Part shown: positions 55,167 through 64,000 of the stretch, piece by piece
How positions within the stretch are numbered: the first letter of the stretch is position 1
Layout: every line of letters starts with the position of its first letter
Assembly: GCA_964016885.1 (NCBI GenBank)
Contig: OZ024743.1
Span: forward strand, 268,274,001-268,338,000
Length of the DNA: 64,000 nucleotides
Origin: Eledone cirrhosa
Taxonomy: Eukaryota
Direction: 5' to 3'
Notes under the pieces: generated by a model
Database searches by the model: none
What the model saw: only the letters and a program-made list of their open reading frames with translations
What the model was told of the DNA's origin: nothing
Position numbers and translations under genes: made by a program

Positions 55167-55262
55167 ACCCCTTGAGAAGCTCGGCTATTCTAATACCAGG
55201 ATAAACATTTTAATTTAGTCCAGAATTAGCCGTCGAAACGGCTTGAGCTCAGACGTCGGAGT
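55167..55262 (+). ncRNA. Type I hammerhead in the PLE pseudo-LTR (U3-A8 core variant); inverted copy at 52550-52645
   Basis: acccc-TTGAGAA-g..cggcta...tagccg..c-GAA-ACGGC..tgagctca..GTC|ggagt. Confidence 0.7.
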
Positions 55263-55353
55263 CCTACTCGTTCCTATTACCCACTCTACTACCCTAAGTA
55301 TTGAGTACTTTGGTGCGTTATGGTCCACCTGGTTCCTTACCACATTTCCTTCG

Positions 55354-55393
<40 letters not shown>

Positions 55394-55897
55394 ATATATA
55401 CATATATACACATAAAGAGAAGGGGGCTGGGGGAGAGAGACAGACAGAAAAATATGTAGTATCTTTTGAGAATCATTGAGAAAAGTAGAGAAAATAATGT
55501 TTGTAATTGAAATAGAACATCAGTGTTTTTCTATTACATATATTTATGTACATACATTCATCAATCCATATATATATAAGTGTGTGAATGTGTGAGTGTG
55601 TGGGGATTGTAAGAGTGTGTGTTTATGTGAATGTAGGAGTGTGTGGGTTTGTATTGTATATTTGGTGATGGTCATTTTGCAAATGTTGCCAATAAAATCA
55701 CAAGCCCTATTTAACATTCACTTCAGCTTTATTATCATTAGTTGTTGGTTATTTTGTCAAAATACTTTTGCCACACATTCAGTGACCTCCTCGGTGATTA
55801 TTTTTTCTTTTTCTCCGCCTCTTCTTCCTGATCTTATTCTGTTTATTCAATATACCTGAATTTGACGATATAGTAATACTTGCAAATAAGTGTTTTA

Positions 55898-56075
55898 TTT
55901 TGGGCACAAGGCCAGCAATTTTCCAGTGCATTACTGGTACATTATTTTATCGATCCCGTAAGGATAAAAGGCAAAATTAACCTCGGCGGGATTTGAACTC
56001 AGACCGGAAAGGGCCCTAAATCCATGCTGCAAAGCATGGTGTCCTACTCCCTTCCGATATTGCCAATCCTCCGCC
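55898..56075 (-). mobile_element. SINE copy
   Basis: Same family. A ttgcaaataa direct repeat flanks it. Confidence 0.85.
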
Positions 56076-56991
56076 CTATAATTGCAAATAATTGCAAATA
56101 ATAATACCGAATTGCAACACATGCTGTCTGAAATGAATTATATATCGTAGATGGGGATATGAGAAGATAAGAATTAGAAAAGAAATGAAAGAAAGAATAA
56201 TAATCATTTTAATAATCATTCAAAGGCATAAATCATTATGTTGATTATTGATGAAGGAGATTATTTTTAGAACCCTCCGTGATATTGATGACATATGTTT
56301 TCAGACGTATTAAAAGCTCTGCTAATTCACCACATTTTTAATATAATATAGTAATAATAATTATTAACACCCGATTATGAATCAATTTCTTGCTTCCCTT
56401 AGTCTGGGAGGGTAACGCTAATTTTCCCTGTTTAGTGACTATATCTAAAAATATTGTATGTTAGACACGATTAAAACACTGAAACCAATCTTTACTGTTT
56501 AGCCAAGCACTCAAAATCTCTATGATGTTAAAATAAGACAGGTTTGCGCTTACCCTTCAGAGGTAGCATAACCCTTCAGAAGGAAATGGACACCAAACAG
56601 TGAATGCATTTTTTATGAAAAAGTACTTTAAATTAGAATTTACTTCTTGGAACAACAGTATTGCAGTTGAGGACCCACAATGATCCGCGGAAACCGGGTT
56701 GGGAACTGTCGCACTAAAATAAAATTCGAATTCTGTTGGGTTTGGTGAATTTGCCCAGTTGGCTGTACCCCTGTTGGAAAATGTTATTTCATTTTTCTTT
56801 ATTGTGATTCTTTAATAGTTTTCTGATATTGAATTCCTATAAACACCCAACTTTTTTTTGGAAATTATACTTATAATTCTGTTCGTTATACTTGGTGGAC
56901 TATAGAGCATTCAGATTAGGTGTTTGTTTTATTAACGTTAATTTTATCTTCATTATTATTAATATTATATACAAATATGTGTATGTGTGTT

Positions 56992-57070
<79 letters not shown>

Positions 57071-57994
57071 ATATATATATATATATATATACACACAATT
57101 GCTACCTTCAAAAGTAGTCTGATGAATTCAAAGAAAGAGATTTCAGACAGGCTTTGGTGTATCATAACGTGTTATTGTATCACATTATAGTGTAACGGTG
57201 TGTAATCATACATATTTTATATTAATATAATGGCCCGGTGTAGATTTGTACACATTAGTATAATGCAGAGGTGTTCTATGACGTCTACTGCAATACACCA
57301 AGATAGGTAATATAGGGTATCGTTTTGTTGTTGTTTCTGTTCTCTTATCAACCCTGATGACTTATAACTTTGATCAAAAACATTCTACTGGTGATGATCC
57401 AGACCTTTAGAACTACATTACAAATATGCACTCTCCCTCATTTAAAGAGACTTGTGTATTATGTGAAGGTGATTTAGCAATTATTTCTAGAATACCGATA
57501 GTAGCAGACTAGCTATTCTCTCTTTGGATTGTTTAGCACAATATAATTTGAAGTATTTTTAATAAAGTGCAACAATCAAATGATTTGTAGATTTGACATT
57601 TCCAACTGATTCAGTGGGATTCCATCACTGATCAGGCTTCCTGAAAGGGACGAGCGCCTCAATCTTCGCGGTATTCGGCATATCAGAGATCACATTCCTA
57701 CGAGTTAAGAAGTACCATGTTGTCAGTAAATTCCAGCCGACCAATCATACACCGACCTGTCTTGATAACATTTCCGACCCAGCTGCGCACGGACTTCCCT
57801 AATATGGAGAAGATGAACAGAAGAGCAGACAATGACGGGCGATGAAAGGCAGGAGATGAATTAAATGCAAGAATTACAGGAGCTCGTTCACTCGGCCATG
57901 AACAGAGGGGAGTTTAGTGTAAATTTGAAACTCGCTATCTTCAATTCGGCTTTCGTCCTCACCATAGCTGTGGTCATGAATCTTGGGTAATGAC

Positions 57995-58126
57995 AGAAGA
58001 AGAAGAAGAAGAAGAAGAAGAAGAAGAAGAAGAAGAAGAAGAAGAAGAAGAAGAAGAAGAAGAAGAAGAAGAAGAAGAAGAAGAAGAAGAAGAAGAAGAA
58101 GAAGAAGAAGAAGAAGAAGAAGAAGA
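57995..58126. repeat. (GAA)n microsatellite; other long simple repeats include (TTC)n ~49489-49572, (GAT)n/(GGT)n ~59415-59555 and dozens of (TA)n/(CA)n tracts
   Basis: Direct reading. Confidence 0.95.
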
Positions 58127-58274
58127 ATAGGTAGCCTTTAAAATGGTTACAAAATACAAGGAATAACAAAATGGAGAATGCTAAAAAATCTTGGAAAGGA
58201 ATGTTATGATTTTTTTTAAGGAGGAAAAACATCAAATTATATAGAAATTTTACAGAAATTAATAAGTGAAACAT

Positions 58275-58314
<40 letters not shown>

Positions 58315-58715
58315 GTTGTTATTTCCTGCAAACTGTTCATAACAACTTAAATGTTCTTTTCTTCTCTTATTTTTTTTTTTAAGCATAATATAATGTGTTG
58401 TACATATTAGTTAAATACAATAGTTAATTTAAGTGAGGTATTGTAAATTCGGTTTTAGTGAATAGTAATATACCATATATATTTGGTTCTTCTTTAATGT
58501 ATATAATATTGAAATGTCGTCAGTTGTACGCTAAATGTGCTGCAGAATGGTATAAAACAAGGAAGTATTTTGATGTTTCTGCTATGAAGTTTTCGCTTTC
58601 TCACAATATCCTAGGATTTAAGTAAATGCCAGCTTCTGCTTCAAGATTAGCAAAATATTCATAACTTTCGCACGGTAGGTTATTAATACGTCACAAGAAT
58701 TAACATTATATGGCA

Positions 58716-58894
58716 TGGCAGTATCGGTAGAGGGTCTGACGCCATGCTTTTCAGCAAAGAGTTACGGCCCTTTATGGTCTGAGTTCAAATCCCGCTGAGG
58801 TTAACTATGCCTTTCATCCTTACGGGGTTGATAAAATAAAGTACCAGTAATGCACTGGGTATTTGCTGGCCTTGTGCCAAAAGTAGAAACAATT
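58716..58894 (+). mobile_element. SINE copy
   Basis: tggcagtatcgg A box, gagttcaaatcc B box, conserved core, tail agtagaaacaatt. attatatgg flanks both sides. Confidence 0.9.
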
Positions 58895-59022
58895 ATATGG
58901 CATTTGGGATCTCCTGAGAATAATTCCCTCTATTTAACTTACTAGGTGCGAAGTCTTCCAAAATCACAATTGGCGCTGTACGTTCTAAGACTCTTTGAAA
59001 TACAATACTAATTCATATTAAC

Positions 59023-59200
59023 CTTCACAACTGTTGATTTCGAACCCACGTTTAGAGATAATCGATAATACCTGCTGTTATACTCGAACCAAACGTGATC
59101 GTTCCGGGTTTTATTCAGATTTAATTCATCCAAAACCATACAAAACAGTGTACCTTTCCTTACAGGAACATTTAATGTTAGAGACATATCTATGTTATTC
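59023..59200 (-). CDS. Candidate internal exon of an unidentified host gene (donor at 59072 or 59023)
   Basis: Polypyrimidine tract + cag acceptor. Open frame NNIDMSLTLNVPVRKGTLFCMVLDELNLNKTRNDHVWFEYNSR... Confidence 0.4.
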
Positions 59201-60418
59201 CTGGTAGGTTGACAGAGAGACAGAAATTGAAGGAAGGAGCAGAGATCGAGAAAAAGAACGAAAGAATAACAAAAACGGCGGCAGAAGCTACGTATGAAAG
59301 TAAAATATATCATGGCAGCGAGAAAATAGGATTTAAACAAGCTATAATCTTACAGATTTGCAACATCAAAAAAGTAGCTGTAGTAGAAGTAGACGAGGAA
59401 GAGACTGATATATATGATGATGATGACGCTGATAATGATGATGATGATGATGATGATAATGATAATGATGATGATGATGATGATGATAATGATGATGATG
59501 ATGATGATGATGATGCTGATGATGGTGGTGGTGGTGGTGGTGGTGGTGGTGGTGAGGAGGAGGATGGTGATGAGGGGAGAAGAAAAAGAAGAAGGGGGAG
59601 GAGGAGGGGTACAGGATCGGGGGGATTAAAGATGATGAGGAGGAGGAAGAAGAGTAGAAGGAGGAGTAGGAGGAGGGTGATCAGGAGAAGGAGAAGGGTG
59701 AGAAGGAAGAGCGAGGGGAGGAGGATATGAAGAATAACTTTGAGGGAAAACGTCGAAGTGAGTAAGCAGAAAGTCAAGAGATATAGACAGAGAACATAAA
59801 AAGAAAGGCAGAAAGGAAGAAAGAAAGAAAGAAAAACAACAAGACAGAGCGAAAGAAGAGATGAAGAAATAATGAAAAGTATATAGAATTATAGAATGTA
59901 TGGATAATACTGAGGAGGAATGTAAAAAAAGTTTGTTAGATTCAACAGATTTAACTTGACAAGATGCTGACGCCGAGAATTTGACAGAATTGAAAGTTAA
60001 CGACGACATTTTGTTTTTCATGTGGCGTTATATTAACTATTTCACATCGTAGATAATATTTTTATGTATTCCATGAAAAAAAGAAAAGAACAAATATTAA
60101 TACAAGGTTTGGCATCGCAGGATTTGTAAACTGGTAAACAACATTTAAATTGAAACTTTCTGCGTTAAGTTAGGAATATAGTTTTTAGTGTCTATATTTA
60201 GATTATTGAAATTAGATTACTTATAAGGCACACACATCTGACACACAAATAAATACACATATATATATACATATACAACCTTACTCCCACTTATTTAGAA
60301 AGGAGTATAATAGACAACATCCATGGGGCTGAGAAGCTGCTAAATCTTCGGTCGCCCTCATGTCTCTGATTTTCAGCCCCATGGATTTTGTCTATTATAT
60401 TCCTTTGTTATATTTCGA

Positions 60419-60476
60419 ATACTTGATGATGTCACCGGATTCATACTGAACCCGGTCATTGAAATGATCATAGTAT
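60419..60476 (+). ncRNA. Type I hammerhead motif in a short TA-flanked element (~60275-60525) with an inverted 5' segment
   Basis: atac-TTGATGA-..accgg.ttca-tac-tgaa.ccggt..-GAA-ATGATCAT-A|gtat. Inverted repeat 60299-60336 / 60370-60407. Confidence 0.65.
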
Positions 60477-60525
60477 AATAAACCTTTTAAGGAATTACAC
60501 CAGTCCAGCCTCCTGTTATTTTATA

Positions 60526-60558
<33 letters not shown>

Positions 60559-61598
60559 TGTATGTATGTACATATATATATAATTATTAAGACCAGTTAC
60601 TATAATACCGCCATACCAGGTACGTACGTTTCCTTAGCCCTGAAGATCAACTTGTTCAACCTGTTCCGAAGAAAATGAACGGAAAAATGGTTCAGATTTT
60701 TTTTTTCGGCACAGGTTGGACAAGTTCGTCCTCACCACATATCTTGCCTTATGATCTGATGAAGTAAGCCTTCCGGTCACAGAAATATGTATTACGATTT
60801 TTGTAATAATATATGCATATCTGGAATCCGGCCTTTTTTCCGTTGAAGTTTTTAACTCAGTCTCTGTACCAGCCATGTGATAATAGATCTACAGTGGACG
60901 ATACGTAGAATATTGAGTGCTTTTCATTATTGCATCACACTGTATGAGTGAGAAATTTAGGATATTACACGGTTTATCATCTCCCTACAATATATATTTG
61001 AAATCAAAGAGTGAATTTTTAGAGGATGCCTTCTTCTCAGTACCAAACTGCTTTCTAAGTGGAAGTATTCAACAATTTCAGTTGATTTTCAAACACCTTA
61101 ATTTGATTTATGCGCGTTCATTATACGTTTTCTTTCTCTTTCTCTTTCCACAATTACATAATACAATACACTTTTTATACTACTCTAATACATACCTTAA
61201 TAAATATTACCATCTCTTTATTACATTCCAACAAATAATACAATAATTCTTCCGTACCATACGAATACAAAGGTGCAAACGATCTCAAGCTCAAATTTCA
61301 ACTTTAAATCTTGGAGTTATTTCCCTTTTTTTATAATACGTTGTTTTCGTAAACAACCGTTTTTAGCAAGCTTTCCTTTTAGCGGTATCTTATAAACTCG
61401 TATAAGCTGCCTAAGAGAGGTCACTAATGTGATATCTGATGTATTCTCAAGGTATGGTCAAATGTGGGCCTTGAAACCTTGGATAGTACTTTTGTTCCGT
61501 GTACGAAGATAAATAATATATGTCTACTCACTTCCCGACTGGGCATTGTTTCCTTTATCTTTTTCATACCTACCAGTATTACTACACACATACACACA

Positions 61599-61668
<70 letters not shown>

Positions 61669-61776
61669 TACATGCATACACAGAGACACATACACACACA
61701 CACTCACCCACACCAAGTGTACAGTACTCTGGAGGGTTGTGTTAGCGTCCACCTAGTATTTTACCACACCCTTTCT

Positions 61777-61839
<63 letters not shown>

Positions 61840-61931
61840 ATATATATAAATGAAAAGTATAGAAATTATTATGAGCAAGAAGCACACAGTATTTCATAAT
61901 ATATAAGTGATTATAGCGTAATATATATAGA

Positions 61932-62113
61932 GAGCAAACATCACGGGCGCTCTATCTCAAATTTATTTTTGAAAAGCATTAGAAATGCGCAACCGGTAAA
62001 ACTTAAAACCAAAACTGAATACTAACCAATACTATTACTAATTTTTACTTATTCCTAATTAAACTATTTTTTACTGGGAACAATTTGTCACCATTTTCTT
62101 TTCCGTTTACCAA
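61932..62113 (+). mobile_element. Diverged single copy of family D
   Basis: Aligns by eye with 8409-8601. Confidence 0.75.
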
Positions 62114-62799
62114 TATATATATATATTAATATAATCTTCTATACACAATCATACACACTCGTGTATATTTATTTATATATATATATATGTATGTATTTAT
62201 GAATGCACGTATGTATAAAAGTATGCATATATGTATGTATCTAGGAATGCATATGTTTCTATGTACGCATGCATGTATGCATGTATGTGTGTATGTATGC
62301 ATGCATATATGTATGTATGAAAGTATGTATGTATCCATCTATGTTAGATTTTCACCAGCTTTTATTAAGGAATGCCTAACAGGATTTAACAAGATTTGTT
62401 TACCAGGAACATGTTAGAAAACGTTTTGAAAACCCAGTCTTCAGCGTCACACCAATGCTGCTAATTATAATTGGAAGTAAAAAGAAGAACAAACAATAAA
62501 TAAATGAATAAATAAAAATTGCTAAATTAAAAATCTCATTAGCTTTGATATTACATTTTAATTACTAAATCTAAAAAAACAACAAATGAATCTATTGATT
62601 TTGTTGTCTTTCATTCTTCTCATTTGTGAGGATAATGAGACACATTTAGGTTTGAGGAGCCCACATGGTAGCTCCACTGTGGCATGACGTGATAGAGCTG
62701 GTGCTGTTGGAGCGGGTGATGGTGTTGGTCGTTTTGATGGTGTCATTGGTGATGGAGTTCGTGGTGGTGTTGGTGTTCGTGTCTACGTGGTGGTAGGAG

Positions 62800-63215
62800 T
62801 GGTGACGGTGTCGCTGTTGGTGGTGTTGGTGGCAGTATTGGTAGCAGTGTTTGTGGTATTGGTGGCGATGTTGATGGTGTATGTGGTGGCGGGGGTGTTG
62901 TTGGTGTTGTTGGTAGTGTTGGTGTCGCTGTTGATGGTGTTCGTGGCAGTGTTGGTAGCGGTGTTTGTGGTATCGGTGGCGGTGTTGATGGTGTATGTGG
63001 TGGTGGGGGTGGTGTTGGTGTTGTTGGTAGTGTTGGTGTCGCTGTTGATGGTGTTCGTGGCAGTGTTGGTAGCGGTGTCTGTGGTATCGGTGGCGGTGTT
63101 GATGGTGTATGTGGTGGTGGGGGTGGTGTTGGTGTTGTTGGTAGTGTTGGTGTCGCTGTTGATGGTGTTCGTGGCAGTGTTGGTAGCGGTGTTTGTGGTA
63201 TTGGTGGTGGAGTTG
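62800..63215. repeat. 114-bp GT-rich minisatellite (~3.5 copies) within GGT-rich low-complexity DNA
   Basis: gtgtcgctgttg recurs at 62808, 62922, 63036 and 63150. Confidence 0.8.
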
Positions 63216-64000
63216 ATGGTGTTGGTGGTGGTGAGAGTATTGTTGACGATGGTGTTGTTCATAGTGTTGGTGTCGATGTTCGTGGTGTTGATTGTTTTGT
63301 TGGTGTTGGTGGCAGTGTTAGTGTGTTTGTGGTGGTATAAGTGGTGCTGGTGGTGTTGGTGTTGGTGGTGATGATGATGTTAGTGGTGGAGTTGGTGTTG
63401 GTGTTTTTGATATGGCTGGTGGAGTGTAGTTGTTAATATAGGTGAAGGTGGTATTAGCGGCACTGTTTTTGGTAGGAGTAGTGTTTGCGGTATTGTTTGC
63501 GGTATTGCTGTTGTGGGTCATGGAAGGAGTGGCATTGGCGGTATTGCTGGTGGTGCTGGTAGAGATGATGGTGGAGTGAGTTGTGTTGGTAGTGTTCGTT
63601 TTGGTGGAAATGGAGTGGTGGTTTTGATGGCGACATGATGGAGATGGTGATGGTGGTGTTTATGATGTTGGTAGTGGTAATGGTAACGACCAAGATGATG
63701 GTGATATTGGTGATCAGAAATATGATGGTATTGGTAGGGAAGATGACGAATGCGAAGGTAGCAGATGGAGACGAAAGAAGTGATGAAAAGGATTGTGAGA
63801 ATGGTGATGACGACGAAAACGGTGACGCTGATAATGTGAGGAGTGGTCGGATAGATGTTGTGGACACAGTGGGGTTGGTAATGGTGATGATGGTAATGTT
63901 GATGATGGAGCAAGTGGTGAGGTGGAGGAGGAGGAGGAGGAGGAGGACGAAGGGGATGCTGGTGGTGGTAGTTATGATGGTAATAATGATGACATTGATC

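Larger units (their letters stand above)
52537..55355 (+). mobile_element. 5'-truncated PLE with a 3' pseudo-LTR (~54880-55355) and an inverted pseudo-LTR copy (52537-52897)
   Basis: 52537-52897 is the reverse complement of ~54881-55275. The coding body starts immediately after the inversion junction. Both ends lie in (TA)n. Confidence 0.9.

Noticed and set aside
59209-59777. Acidic/Gly/Arg-rich 173-aa ORF and its antisense ORF
   Set aside because: They are built from GAT, GGT and GAG simple repeats with no domain signal.

Overview
Very AT-rich, microsatellite-dense animal genomic DNA, most likely cephalopod (octopus-like), inferred from the SINE family and the (TA)n/(CA)n density. It is dominated by retroelements. 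These include an uninterrupted Penelope-like (PLE) RT/GIY-YIG ORF running off the left edge, three decayed PLE copies, an intact 1169-aa R4/Dong-type RLE non-LTR retrotransposon inside a (CATA)n tract, CRE- and RTE-like relics and several tRNA-derived SINEs. The standout feature is a near-perfect tandem array of a non-coding 485-bp unit (10.5 copies, 38421-43514). Every full unit carries a type I hammerhead ribozyme on the minus strand, which makes it a candidate retrozyme/circular-RNA replicon. At least six other unrelated short elements inserted in TA microsatellites also carry hammerhead motifs, mostly with palindromic stem III, and many sit in head-to-head inverted pairs, suggesting a PLE-mobilised ribozyme ecosystem. 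A few phase-compatible minus-strand exons hint at an unidentified host gene whose introns contain much of this. All folds and alignments were done by eye.
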